A DNA stretch of 64,000 nt from Fervidicoccaceae archaeon (GCA_038734945.1 JAVYOA010000002.1:310001-374000); one strand, 5' to 3'. Positions 1 through 9,544 are shown, counted from the first letter of the stretch. Made by a program: numbers and translations. The notes: generated by a model from the sequence alone, not told the origin.

Positions 1-882
1 CCGACGACACCAGATGGAGTGCCTACTCCAGCTCTATTAACAAGAGTTGCCATACAGCTTTCAGGGATCCCTTACCTAGTTGTAAACTGTGGAAGCTATA
101 TAGATCCCCAGATACCGCATGTGGACATACCAGGCAAAGCTGTTGGAGGAAGGATCGATGTTGAGGACTCTCTCACTCCAGAGGCTGTATCTAAACTTTT
201 CGATGGTTCGAGAACTCTGGGAAAGATGCTTGGGTCGGAGAGCTCTCTTCTGGTTGTAGGTGAATCTATGCCTGGAGGGACAACTTCGGCTATGGCCATT
301 ATGGAGGCGCTAGGCTATAGAGCCGTTGGAAGGGTGAGCAGTGCGAGTCCATCAAACCCACATGACCTGAAGAGAGAAGTCTTTGAGAGCGCTGTTAAAA
401 GAGTTGGAAAAAGGCTTCCGCTAGTTGAACCACTAGAGGTAGTTAGCCACTTCGGAGACCCCCTCCATATATCGATTACAGGTTTTCTCGCTGGAGCGCT
501 TGAGAGAGGCGCCAGAGTTATATTGGCAGGTGGCACCCAGATGTCTGCTGTACTCGCCCTGGCTAGAGCTCTCGGTATTCGCTTTGGCGGTAGAGTAGCC
601 ATAGGCACCACCCGCTGGATTGTCGAGGACAGGAGCTCAAACCTTTTGGGGCTTGTTAAAGATATATATCCAGATGTTCCTGTAGCCTATGCTGATGTGA
701 ACTTCTTGAGCGTTAGGCATCGGGGTCTCAGAGCTTACGAGGAGGGGTATGTTAAGGAGGGGGTTGGAGCTGGTGGCACTCTGATAGTTAGTGCTCTCCT
801 CAGGAATATTAACATGGAAGAGTTGTTGAAAGCGGTGCAGGAAGAGTATGAGAGGGTCGTTAGTCTTGCCCAAGAGAGCTAG
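1..882 (+). CDS. cobT: Archaeal nicotinate-nucleotide:dimethylbenzimidazole phosphoribosyltransferase (CobT family), 5'-truncated by the window edge
   Basis: Frame is open from base 1 (PTTPDGVPTPA); motifs GESMPGGTTSA, VSSAS, LAGGTQM, YEEGYVKEGVGAGG; first gene of a cobamide cluster. Confidence 0.9.
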   Translation, partial: PTTPDGVPTPALLTRVAIQLSGIPYLVVNCGSYIDPQIPHVDIPGKAVGGRIDVEDSLTPEAVSKLFDGSRTLGKMLGSESSLLVVGESMPGGTTSAMAIMEALGYRAVGRVSSASPSNPHDLKREVFESAVKRVGKRLPLVEPLEVVSHFGDPLHISITGFLAGALERGARVILAGGTQMSAVLALARALGIRFGGRVAIGTTRWIVEDRSSNLLGLVKDIYPDVPVAYADVNFLSVRHRGLRAYEEGYVKEGVGAGGTLIVSALLRNINMEELLKAVQEEYERVVSLAQES

Positions 883-1873
883 ACGCTTAGATGCAGACAC
901 TATACTGAGAGGTTTCGACAGCCCTATGGAGGTAGTCTCAACACCCCCACTAATCACCCCAGACAGGCCTATAAGAGGGGAAGTGGAGGTCCTAGTATTT
1001 AAGAGGGTAAGGACCGAGGAAGTGGAGAACCCCATAAAATACTATACGCGAGTTGCTAGAACGCTAGGCCTGAAAAGAGCCCTGATGGTCACAACCTCGG
1101 TGTCTTTAGACGATAAATTCAGTTACATAAGGGTTGAGAAAGCTGTTGCCTTTCTTTACATGACTGCGAGCCCAAAGCCCCCGGTATGCTCAGATTCTGT
1201 TACATGCCTTCCCCTTCTCTTTGGCACAATCAATGCAGTTGCTGTAGATTACCAGCCGCTGAGCTATAATGCTCTAGTAGATCTATTGAGAACCTCAGCT
1301 GAAGCGAAGGTTTTAGCTTCAATCGACCCTCTGCTGCGATGTAGAACCTGGTCGCCAGAGACGGTGTCTGATTCTATATTGATCCTCGAGCCGTCGGAAG
1401 TGAATGAGAGAATCGCTTTTGCAGGTATATCCACTAACATTGGGAGGCTGCTAGACGTGTTCTCTGAAGTTTCTTCCGGCTGCCTCATACCCGAGGTAAA
1501 CATATCCAAAGCTAAATCTCTTGCCTTGAAGCCGCTAAAGAGAGCTCAGCAAGATCCTAATGTTTGGGCCCTTTTAGTTGCAGCCAGAGAGCTAGACCTT
1601 CTTGGACTAGCCGGAAGCATACCAGAGATAGCCAAGGAAGAGCTCGAGGAGGACGGCAAAAAATTAGTTGCTGATGAGGTCATCGACACAGCTTTACTCA
1701 CATACCCAGCTGGACTCAGTGGCTTGTTCATAATATACCGGGTCGATAGGCAGAAAGACTACGGCATTGTTGACCATGAAGAGCTCGGCGTTTTCATGGA
1801 CTATGTGCTTTCAGCATTACTAGTATGCATGATAGTAGATCTCCTTGCTAGGGTAGATAGAGATGAGGAATAG
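848..1873 (+). CDS. cbiS: CbiZ (adenosylcobinamide amidohydrolase)-CobZ (alpha-ribazole phosphatase) fusion, CbiS-like, motifs look eroded
   Basis: N-terminal GTIN...RTSAEAK (CbiZ-like); C-terminal DPNV..LLVAA, LVADEVI, FMD (CobZ-like); cobamide context. Confidence 0.7.
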   Translation: MRGSLVLPKRARRLDADTILRGFDSPMEVVSTPPLITPDRPIRGEVEVLVFKRVRTEEVENPIKYYTRVARTLGLKRALMVTTSVSLDDKFSYIRVEKAVAFLYMTASPKPPVCSDSVTCLPLLFGTINAVAVDYQPLSYNALVDLLRTSAEAKVLASIDPLLRCRTWSPETVSDSILILEPSEVNERIAFAGISTNIGRLLDVFSEVSSGCLIPEVNISKAKSLALKPLKRAQQDPNVWALLVAARELDLLGLAGSIPEIAKEELEEDGKKLVADEVIDTALLTYPAGLSGLFIIYRVDRQKDYGIVDHEELGVFMDYVLSALLVCMIVDLLARVDRDEE

Positions 1874-2396
1874 GGTCATTTGTGTAGTGATGGCTGGTGG
1901 TGAGGGAAGAAGATTTGGCAACCCAGAGAAGTTCATGGAGAAGGTATGTGGGGAGCCGATACTTTCCAGACTCGTGAAGCAGCTAGAGAGGCTCTGCGTG
2001 CATATAGTATTAGCACTCTCTCATAGGACTGAGGAGGTCTGCTCTGCCTTCGGAGACGAGCTTGCCATTAGCTGTGTCGAGCTCCCGGGTAGGGATTACG
2101 TCGAAGACCTGGGCATGGTTGTTAGAGCTCTTCCTAAGCCCCTCCTAGTGGCAGCGGCCGACTTGGTCATTAGCTACGAATCCCTTCTAGGTTTCGTCGA
2201 GATAGCTCTTGAGCTTCGAACAAGTATAGTAACAGCTGAAGCGGTTGGTGATGGTTCGCCCTCGTTGCTGGGCCTCTCCTTGTTTCATGAGGAAAGAGGA
2301 GAATGGGTAAATGTCTTGTTAGATGGTCGGAGCGCAGTAGATGTAGACGAGCGTGATGACCTTGAGAGAGCTGAAAGAGTATGTAGGCAATTGTAG
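1863..2396 (+). CDS. cobY: Adenosylcobinamide-phosphate guanylyltransferase (NTP-transferase, CobY-like)
   Basis: VMAGGEGRRFGNPEK motif, G.DYVEDL, C-terminal DVD...DL; operon context. Confidence 0.8.
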   Translation: MRNRVICVVMAGGEGRRFGNPEKFMEKVCGEPILSRLVKQLERLCVHIVLALSHRTEEVCSAFGDELAISCVELPGRDYVEDLGMVVRALPKPLLVAAADLVISYESLLGFVEIALELRTSIVTAEAVGDGSPSLLGLSLFHEERGEWVNVLLDGRSAVDVDERDDLERAERVCRQL

Positions 2397-3480
2397 AGGG
2401 CACGGGGGCAGAGCACCTGAGGGCTATCTAGACTTTTCTGCCCCTCTCAACCCACTGGGCACTCCTGAAGTAATCAAGAAGCTCATTCTTGAGGCAGTAA
2501 CAAAAGGTGCTTACAGTAAATACCCTGACTACGAGTATGACCGACTTAGGGGGGCTATCGCAGGCTTCTACGGCATTGAGGCAGAGGGAGTGGTGCCGCT
2601 AAATGGGGCTAGCGAGGCTCTGTATCTGCTCTTACTCACTTTGAGACCGGATACCTTAGTTGTATTTGAGCCAACTTTCGGAGACCATGGGTGTTTGTCT
2701 AAGACTGTAGGATTGAAGATAGTTCCCCTCCAGTACATAGAGTCCGGACTCAGCTACGAGCTGCCCATGCAGGCCCTCAGAAACATAAGTGCTCTCAGAG
2801 GGAGTAAAGCTCTGGTGATGTTATCCAACCCTAATAATCCTACTGGGGCTGTGCTCTCAATAGACCAGGTTAAGGAAGTTCTTGAAGTCTTCACAGACTC
2901 GGTAGTGGTAGTTGATGAAGCATATTTGGAGCTATGCTACTCATGCGATAGTGCAGGTTCTCTTAGGCTGACAAAAAGCTATGATAACTTAGTTGTCCTC
3001 AGGAGTCTAACTAAGATATATGTAGTTCCGGGCCTGAGGGTAGGGTTCCTTTATACGTCAAATGCTAAACTAGCAAACGTGGTTGAAAACTCAAGACCCC
3101 CGTGGAACGTTAACTCTATAGCTGAGGAAGTATTTTCGACTGCACTTAGCGAGCATGCAGGAGAATTGAAGTCGTTCATATCGCTGTCTAGAGATGTAGT
3201 CAGGTTGGAGGGAGAGCACCTATCTAGGGGCTTGAAGTCGCTTGGGTTAACTGTATACAGGTCCTCAGTTCCCTATTTTCTCGTTAAGCATGATCGAGTC
3301 ACGACCAGCGAAGTAGTGAAAGCCTTATCTCAAAGAGGAATATACATTAAAGACGCGTCTGTCTACTTAGGCTTGTCCCAATACCACGCTAGAGTGGCAG
3401 TTAGACTAAGGCATGAAAATGAGGTACTATTATCAGCATATAGAGAGGTGCTCCAGTCTGTCCGCAAGCAAGAGGATTAA
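2353..3480 (+). CDS. cobD: L-threonine-O-3-phosphate decarboxylase (PLP aminotransferase class I/II)
   Basis: HGG, DFSAPLNPLG, NGASE, NPNNPTG, VDEAY, RSLTK..PGLRVG; cobamide context. Confidence 0.8.
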   Translation: MMTLRELKEYVGNCRGHGGRAPEGYLDFSAPLNPLGTPEVIKKLILEAVTKGAYSKYPDYEYDRLRGAIAGFYGIEAEGVVPLNGASEALYLLLLTLRPDTLVVFEPTFGDHGCLSKTVGLKIVPLQYIESGLSYELPMQALRNISALRGSKALVMLSNPNNPTGAVLSIDQVKEVLEVFTDSVVVVDEAYLELCYSCDSAGSLRLTKSYDNLVVLRSLTKIYVVPGLRVGFLYTSNAKLANVVENSRPPWNVNSIAEEVFSTALSEHAGELKSFISLSRDVVRLEGEHLSRGLKSLGLTVYRSSVPYFLVKHDRVTTSEVVKALSQRGIYIKDASVYLGLSQYHARVAVRLRHENEVLLSAYREVLQSVRKQED

Positions 3481-4252
3481 GGCACTCCTATCTCTGATGA
3501 CAAGGATACCTCTCGGAGAGCAGCCTATAGAGGAGGCTGCTAAAGCATTCTACCTTGTGCCCCTTATTGGGACTCTTGAGGGTCTAATTGTGGGCTCCAT
3601 AGTTGCTCTTTTGGTCTGGCTAGGTGTTATTCCAGTAATCATATCTATCCTTTACTTCTTTCTCCACATAGTACTAACAGGCGGTATTCATCTAGACGGT
3701 TTTGCTGATTATTTAGATGTGATTGGGTCACATAAGTGCGGAGACCAGGCCTTAAGGGTATTGAAGGACCCTAGGAAGGGGTCCTATGCTGTGGTAGTTA
3801 CTTCACTGAGGGTAGTTGCAGGAGTAGCGAGCCTATCTGTGCTGGTAGAATACCTTGGAATGATGATTGTTTTTCCATTAGTAGCATCGTATATAGCATC
3901 TGCCGAGGCGATGTTTGTAAGCTGCCTTTTTGGAATCGAGGAACCGTACGAAGGTATGGCTAGAAGCTTCTGCAGGTATTCCAAGAACCGCATGCATGTT
4001 CTCAAGAACATTCTATACTACTTAATGCTCTCCATAACATTAGTAGCCCTGGGAGGCCTAAGCAGAGCAGGACCTAGTACTGTTGTAGTTCTCGCACTGC
4101 CGGCTATAGTAGGCACTTTAGTTTCTCATGATGCAAACAAGAGACTAGGGTTTGTTAATGGAGATGTTATGGGGTTCTCCTATGAGCTCACCCAAACGAT
4201 CTCTCTAATACTGGTTGCAACACTGATCTCGACTAGAAGCTTAGCAAGGTGA
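3413..4252 (+). CDS. cobS: Cobalamin synthase (adenosylcobinamide-GDP ribazoletransferase)
   Basis: TRIP, TGGIHLDGFADYLD, LKDPRKG, GFVNGDVMG; multi-TM protein; start may lie slightly downstream. Confidence 0.92.
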   Translation: MKMRYYYQHIERCSSLSASKRIKALLSLMTRIPLGEQPIEEAAKAFYLVPLIGTLEGLIVGSIVALLVWLGVIPVIISILYFFLHIVLTGGIHLDGFADYLDVIGSHKCGDQALRVLKDPRKGSYAVVVTSLRVVAGVASLSVLVEYLGMMIVFPLVASYIASAEAMFVSCLFGIEEPYEGMARSFCRYSKNRMHVLKNILYYLMLSITLVALGGLSRAGPSTVVVLALPAIVGTLVSHDANKRLGFVNGDVMGFSYELTQTISLILVATLISTRSLAR

Positions 4253-4256
4253 AGTT

Positions 4257-5192
4257 ATGCTCTATACCTTGTTTGACCTATTGCTAGTTCTCTTTCTTGC
4301 TCACCTCATGGACTTCATCTACCCATACCATACTGGACCCCTCTTTCTTATACATCCAGTTCACACGTCTTATGTGATGGCTGTGAAGCTGGGGAAGCCA
4401 TTCTCTTCAAAGGCTAAAGGAGCTATAGTGTGGATTCTAGTCATCTCTGCACATATACTTGCCTACTTCTTCCTCATTTACTTCTCTTCTCTTATTCACA
4501 AAGCCCTCTTAATAGTGATCTCGGCCTATATTTTGAAGACCTCTTTCTCCCTTAGACTACTTTTCGACATAGTTGGGAAGACCTCTGTCTGTTTAAAAAA
4601 TGGGGATTTGGAATGTGCCAGGTTCTGGGTACAGCAGATAGTTAGGAGAGATGTTAAAAAGCTCCAGGAACAACATTTAGCTTCTGCGGCTATAGAGTCC
4701 TTAGCTGAGAGTCTAGTTGATGGTTACATCTCACCTCTCTTCCTCTTCATTTTTCTTGGTCCCCTAGGAGCCCTATTCCAGAGAGTTGCAAACACTCTCG
4801 ATAGTGCACTAGGATATAAGGACCCCCCATTCAGAGATGTTGGATGGTTTTCAGCGAGAGCAGACACGGCAGTAAATTATGTTCCAGCAAGACTTGCGAG
4901 CCTCTTCATAGCTCTCGCGTCTCCGGCTGCTGGAGGAAGTATTGGGGTTGCTTTCAAGACAATTAAGAAAGAGCACGGTAGAACTGAGAGTTTCAACGCA
5001 GGATACCCTATGTCCGCCATGGCTGGAGCTCTTGGCGTGAGGCTGGAGAAGATCGGGTGCTATACTATAAACAACAGTGCCAGATGGCCTGGATGGCAGG
5101 ACATAGTGAGAGCCCTTAAAGTTGCTAAGCTCGCTGTGTTCTTATGGTTAGCTGTGTCTCTGGGAGCTATACTCGTAATCAAGAGCATTTAG
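4257..5192 (+). CDS. cbiB: Adenosylcobinamide-phosphate synthase (CbiB/CobD family)
   Basis: HPV, IVRRD, AIESLAESLVDG, NTLDSALGY, NYVPARL, NAGYPMSAMAGALGVRLEK. Confidence 0.92.
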   Translation: MLYTLFDLLLVLFLAHLMDFIYPYHTGPLFLIHPVHTSYVMAVKLGKPFSSKAKGAIVWILVISAHILAYFFLIYFSSLIHKALLIVISAYILKTSFSLRLLFDIVGKTSVCLKNGDLECARFWVQQIVRRDVKKLQEQHLASAAIESLAESLVDGYISPLFLFIFLGPLGALFQRVANTLDSALGYKDPPFRDVGWFSARADTAVNYVPARLASLFIALASPAAGGSIGVAFKTIKKEHGRTESFNAGYPMSAMAGALGVRLEKIGCYTINNSARWPGWQDIVRALKVAKLAVFLWLAVSLGAILVIKSI

Positions 5193-5810
5193 TTCAAGCT
5201 ACTAGAGCACCGCTGTTCATAAATAGAGGACTTCTTTGGGCTCGACAGCCACCCATGAGTCCGCGCGGATACCTAGATTCGCGTGGGAAGGTAGAAGTTC
5301 CTGATATGAAAGAACATAAAAATGAATATCCAAGACAAGCAGTTTACGAGGCTGGCATCTTTCCTCATAATATCAAACTCTAGTAATTTAAAAGCCTCCC
5401 AAAGTGATGGTAGATTCACAACACTCTCCAATGTTTTCTCTTTATGTAGAAAGAGCAGTGATTAACAGGTCGGGCAAATTTTTATGACTTAGTAAGTTTT
5501 ATTTTTAAAAGGATGACGCTTATTAAAAATAAATTTTCTATTGATCTCCAATCCAGCCTTCTCTTGTTTTCTTTAACAGTTTCTCCTTTCTTTCCACTTT
5601 ATTCTATCATATTTACAAAGAGCAGATCAGGAATAATCAAAACAGGATAAATCATGCTGAAGATTTCCAATTAAGATTGACATCCTCATAGTTCCGAAGA
5701 GCTAGGATGCAACTTTCAGAAAAAAATTAACGGAACTTCTTGATAGTTATTTTGTAAAGTGAAGCTATACAGCAGCAAGACATTGTGAGCGCTCTTGAGG
5801 GCTAGGAAAG

Positions 5811-5932
5811 CGCCGGGGGCGGGATTTGAACCCGCGCGCCCCCAACGGGACAGTAGGTCTCTCTCCTTCTGCCGGAAACCTCCATTGCCCTGGTCTCGAG
5901 CCTACCGCCTTAGACCGCTCGGCCACCCCGGC
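5811..5932 (-). tRNA. tRNA-Ser(CGA) with a 36-nt intron at 37/38 (intron 5859-5894); CCA not encoded
   Basis: Reverse complement: GCCGGGG acceptor, GTAGG-CT-CGA-G[intron]A-CCTAC anticodon arm, long variable arm, GGTTCAAATCC T-arm, discriminator G. Confidence 0.92.
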
Positions 5933-5967
5933 TCATAATTATTTTAAAATAAAACGGCAATTTATTC

Positions 5968-6294
5968 TTATTGAGAATGAGAACTTAGCTCCTTCAGTCC
6001 TCTAAAGACGGTTGTTCCATTTTCGTTGCTGAGCTCCACCAGCATCCCAGTTGAAAGGCTCTGAGGATCTCCTTCATATCTACCAAGAATTTTCATTCCG
6101 TTGAATTCCGCAATTCCTATGTAAATTGGGGGCGTAAAACCTTTAGGCGGAACAAGAATTATTGTATATGTTAAAATTTTTCCCACAGCCCTCTCCACTG
6201 TGACCTCTCTGAACTTGGTGCTTCCGCAGAAGCATCTGAACTTAGGGGGAAAGAATTTCCTTCCGCATTTCTCGCATTCATAGTACCTGAACAT
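5968..6294 (-). CDS. DUF35 family Zn-ribbon/OB-fold protein (thiolase partner)
   Basis: CEKCG.KFFPP...C.CG followed by OB-fold (GKILTYT); directly downstream of the thiolase-like gene; start moved to ATG 6294. Confidence 0.88.
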   Translation of the reverse strand: MFRYYECEKCGRKFFPPKFRCFCGSTKFREVTVERAVGKILTYTIILVPPKGFTPPIYIGIAEFNGMKILGRYEGDPQSLSTGMLVELSNENGTTVFRGLKELSSHSQ

Positions 6295-6295
6295 T

Positions 6296-7465
6296 CTACC
6301 ACCCTCTCTCATATAGAACTGTGAAGGCATTGTTTCCAAATCCGCCCATGCTCATTGAAATCGCATAGTTGAAATCCCTCTTCACCTGCCTCTGACCTGC
6401 CTCCCCTCTCATTTGCAGAGCAATTTCATATGCTTGAGCAACTCCTGTTGCTCCTATAGGATGCCCCTTAGCCTTGAGGCCACCACTAGTGTTTACGGGA
6501 AGCTCGCCGTCATACCTTGTTTCATATTCCATAGAGGCCTTCCATGATTCCCCCCTTGGATAGAAGCCCATGCTCTCCAGCTCAACAAGCTCAAGAATTG
6601 TTGCCATGTCATGTAGCTCTATGAGTCCTATTTGCTCTCTAGTTACTCCGGAGAATCTCAGTGCTTTTTCCAATGAATTCTTCACTGCATTTAGAATCAA
6701 CAGATCCTCTCTCTCATGAACCACATGGGTATCGGTAGCACCAGCTACGCTTTTTATTATTATAGGCTTGCTTGTGATGGTTGTTGCTGTATCCTTTCTC
6801 ACCAGCAGAATGGCTGCAGCTCCATCGCTTATTGGCGTGTAGTCCATGACCTTGAGAGGATCATTGACAATCTTGGAGTTCATGTATTCTTCAATTGTTA
6901 TTGCTTTCTGGAAGTGAGCCTTTGGATTCATGCTTCCGTGGAGATGATTCTTCACAGCTACATAGCCAAGTGCTTCCCGGGGAACAGAGAACTTTTCCAT
7001 ATATAGCCTAGCAAGCATGGCAGCATAGCTAGGAAGGGTTACACCGTGCCTCCTCTCATAATCATGTACTAGCCCTGATATTATAGCTGCATTTTCCTCA
7101 GTCGATATATGGGTCATCTTCTCTCCTCCGACAACGAGCACTGCCTCTGCTTGACCCGATGCTATGAGGAGCCAGCCATTGTAGAGAGCAGCACCGCCGC
7201 TTCCGCTTGTGTTCTCCACTCTGAATACTGTTGCATTTTCAAGCCCGAGAAGGCCTGCTAAGATGTTCGCCGGCCCCATTATATTCTCATATCTTCCTGG
7301 GCTCATGGCAGAGGCAATGAGGGCATCTATTTTTTCTACGTTTGTTCTGTGAAATACCTCTTCAATAGCCTCCATGTAAAGATCTATGAGGCCCTTTCCC
7401 TCCCTCTTGCCGAACTTCGTCATCCCATAGGAAACAACTGCTACTTCCTCTAGATCCCTCGGCAT
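6296..7465 (-). CDS. Thiolase-superfamily protein (archaeal SCP2/acetyl-CoA acetyltransferase-like) lacking the canonical catalytic Cys
   Basis: GMTKFG, GGEKM, AVKNH..G..NPKAHFQ, PISDGAAA, ELHD, NTSGGLKAKGHPIGATG; VENTSGSGG where VENACASG is usual. Confidence 0.88.
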   Translation of the reverse strand: MPRDLEEVAVVSYGMTKFGKREGKGLIDLYMEAIEEVFHRTNVEKIDALIASAMSPGRYENIMGPANILAGLLGLENATVFRVENTSGSGGAALYNGWLLIASGQAEAVLVVGGEKMTHISTEENAAIISGLVHDYERRHGVTLPSYAAMLARLYMEKFSVPREALGYVAVKNHLHGSMNPKAHFQKAITIEEYMNSKIVNDPLKVMDYTPISDGAAAILLVRKDTATTITSKPIIIKSVAGATDTHVVHEREDLLILNAVKNSLEKALRFSGVTREQIGLIELHDMATILELVELESMGFYPRGESWKASMEYETRYDGELPVNTSGGLKAKGHPIGATGVAQAYEIALQMRGEAGQRQVKRDFNYAISMSMGGFGNNAFTVLYERGW

Positions 7466-7607
7466 GCTGCTTAACCTCTGGGATTTCTATGCCCAGAACG
7501 TATTTAATTTTTTCGTCTTTTGAATATAATCAATTCGATTTATGACTATTTTCCAAGCTTCTTGAAAGAACTGTTTCTCTAGGCTTTCGACTAGCGAGAA
7601 TAGGAAC

Positions 7608-7685
7608 TGGTGCCGCGGCCGGGATTTGAACCCGGGTCACGGGCTCGAGAGGCCCGCATACTTGGCCGGGCTATACTACCGCGGC
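7608..7685 (-). tRNA. tRNA-Glu(CTC), CCA encoded
   Basis: Reverse complement GCCGCGG...CGGGC-CT-CTC-GA-GCCCG...GGTTCAAATCC...CCGCGGCA-CCA. Confidence 0.96.
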
Positions 7686-7822
7686 ACAGGAGACTAATTC
7701 CATAAGAAAATATTGGGCTTTATATTGATTTCCTCAATCTGTGATTTCTATCCGCATTGACTTCAAGCTCAATACTAGCATTTCCAGAGAGAAGATGATC
7801 TGTGAATTTTAAAATAGGATTT

Positions 7823-7898
7823 TGGTGGACCGGCCGGGACTTGAACCCGGGACCTCTCGGGTGCAAACCGAGTGCTCTTCCAGCTGAGCTACCGGCCC
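7823..7898 (-). tRNA. tRNA-Ala(TGC), CCA encoded
   Basis: Reverse complement GGGCCGG...CTCGG-TT-TGC-AC-CCGAG...GGTTCAAGTCC...CCGGTCCA-CCA; G3:U70 identity pair present. Confidence 0.96.
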
Positions 7899-7949
7899 TC
7901 AATGTTAAAAATAGAAAAAGGAGTTTTTAATCTTTAACAGCTTTTCCAA

Positions 7950-8342
7950 TCATTTCTTACTAAAAGATCCAAGCAGCTTGAGAAGCTTTATTAGCTTTGT
8001 GAGCCCTATTTGCACTTCTGGATCTTTCAGAGCTTTCAATAGTCCCCCTATGCCAGTTTTCTCCCTCTCCTCTGAGAGAATTATCTCCCCGCTTCTTTCA
8101 AGCAACTCAGCATAGTTATCCAGCCTATCAGCCAGTCTCAAGATCTCTGGATTCATCAAGTACTTCAGTAGGCTCTCTAGAACTTCACTGCTTGATATGA
8201 CTTTGAGAAGATCGATAAGGCCGCTCTCGTTCATTGCTATGAGCAATTCGGTCAAATTTGCTACAGCTTCCTCCATCCTCGGATCCTCCAGATAATTCAG
8301 AATCCTCTCATTTGCCTGAGCTTTTTCATTTGCCTCTACCAT
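7950..8342 (-). CDS. DUF1641 domain protein
   Basis: C-terminal GIGGLLKALKDPEVQIGL signature; overlaps the stop of the SQR-like gene. Confidence 0.8.
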   Translation of the reverse strand: MVEANEKAQANERILNYLEDPRMEEAVANLTELLIAMNESGLIDLLKVISSSEVLESLLKYLMNPEILRLADRLDNYAELLERSGEIILSEEREKTGIGGLLKALKDPEVQIGLTKLIKLLKLLGSFSKK

Positions 8343-9520
8343 CCTCTCTCACCCAATACGCTAGGCTCAGTAGCCTCGAAATACGCATTGAATATTGGCT
8401 CAAACTTTCTTGGATGCATGAGCGATGGGAAGTACATAGAAACGAAAAGATCCTCCATTAGTCTCTTCAGCTTGGAGAACCTCTGCCCCACTGGCTTATT
8501 CTCGTAGTCACTAATCACGAATATTGCCTCATTGTCTGTTATCATGGGACAGTTCGTTCTTCCAGTGTACACGGCATTCTCTCCTCTAATTCTCCTCCAT
8601 ACAGTGAAGGCACCAAGATGGGCGGCAACACCTGTCTTCGATGTTGGAGCGTTGGTGCAGTCTCCAATAGCATAGGCATCATCATAGGAGGAAATGCTTA
8701 GCTTGTTCTTGTCGACCTTTATGAATCCATCTTCGTCTCTGGCATCCGCTGGGTTGATCTCTATTTTGGGCCCCTTGTGAAATGGTATCACAGCCAGAGC
8801 ATCGTATGCTACTTCCTCTCCATTCATTCCTACCACTACTTTTCTCTCCACATCAATGCTATCTATCAAAAACGATGTCCTGACTGATATGTTTCCGAAC
8901 TCCTCCATTTTTTTCTCAATTGTTCTGGCAAGCTCAGCTTCTGTATATGCATGCGGTGATGGATATAGGAGCTCTACGCTTACATCCCTTTTCTCTTTCT
9001 TGAAGAAAGATGCTGAGAGAAATGTCCCCTTGTGGGGAGCGGGAGGGCACTTTATAATGAGATCCGGAACTCCTATCACGAATTTTCCCTTCTTCAAGCC
9101 CCTGATTGTTTCCCATAGCCTCACTGCTGATTGAGGAGTTGAGTAGTAGTCTCCAAACCTATTGAGGCTCTCCCTCATGCCAGGAAGGGAGTCATAGTCA
9201 AGGCTTGCTCCCGCAGCTACAACTACAACATCATAATCAAGCTTTCTATTTTTCTCAGTGATAGCAAACCTATTTTCCAGATCTAGCTTTGTAACCTTTT
9301 CCAGTATTAGCTCCACATTCTGATGCAGAAGAGAATTCACGCTTCTGGAATACTTCTCCGGCGGTTCTCCTCTGAATGCTATGAAGAGATTCGCTGGTTG
9401 GAAGAAATGAACTGGAGAGTCAGTAACGAGTGTTACTTTCTTTCCCTCTTCGGCAAGCAAATTTGCCGCTATTATTCCTCCTGATCCTCCTCCTATTATC
9501 AGCACTCTATTCTCTGCCAT
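8336..9520 (-). CDS. FAD-dependent sulfide:quinone oxidoreductase-like flavoprotein
   Basis: IIGGGSGG Rossmann motif, H.FQP, KCPPAP Cys, YAIGD, SKTG..AH, TNCP second Cys; start moved to ATG 9520. Confidence 0.82.
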   Translation of the reverse strand: MAENRVLIIGGGSGGIIAANLLAEEGKKVTLVTDSPVHFFQPANLFIAFRGEPPEKYSRSVNSLLHQNVELILEKVTKLDLENRFAITEKNRKLDYDVVVVAAGASLDYDSLPGMRESLNRFGDYYSTPQSAVRLWETIRGLKKGKFVIGVPDLIIKCPPAPHKGTFLSASFFKKEKRDVSVELLYPSPHAYTEAELARTIEKKMEEFGNISVRTSFLIDSIDVERKVVVGMNGEEVAYDALAVIPFHKGPKIEINPADARDEDGFIKVDKNKLSISSYDDAYAIGDCTNAPTSKTGVAAHLGAFTVWRRIRGENAVYTGRTNCPMITDNEAIFVISDYENKPVGQRFSKLKRLMEDLFVSMYFPSLMHPRKFEPIFNAYFEATEPSVLGERGW

Positions 9521-9544
9521 TGTTCTCACTTGGCTCAATTTTAG

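Noticed and set aside
5200..5800. 79-aa ORF (5144-5383) and coding-like minus-strand fragments
   Set aside because: No recognisable motif; fragments are short and interrupted
7720..7902. 60-aa ORF here, and the 94-aa ORF at 43138-43422
   Set aside because: They are read-throughs of tRNA-Ala and tRNA-Gly
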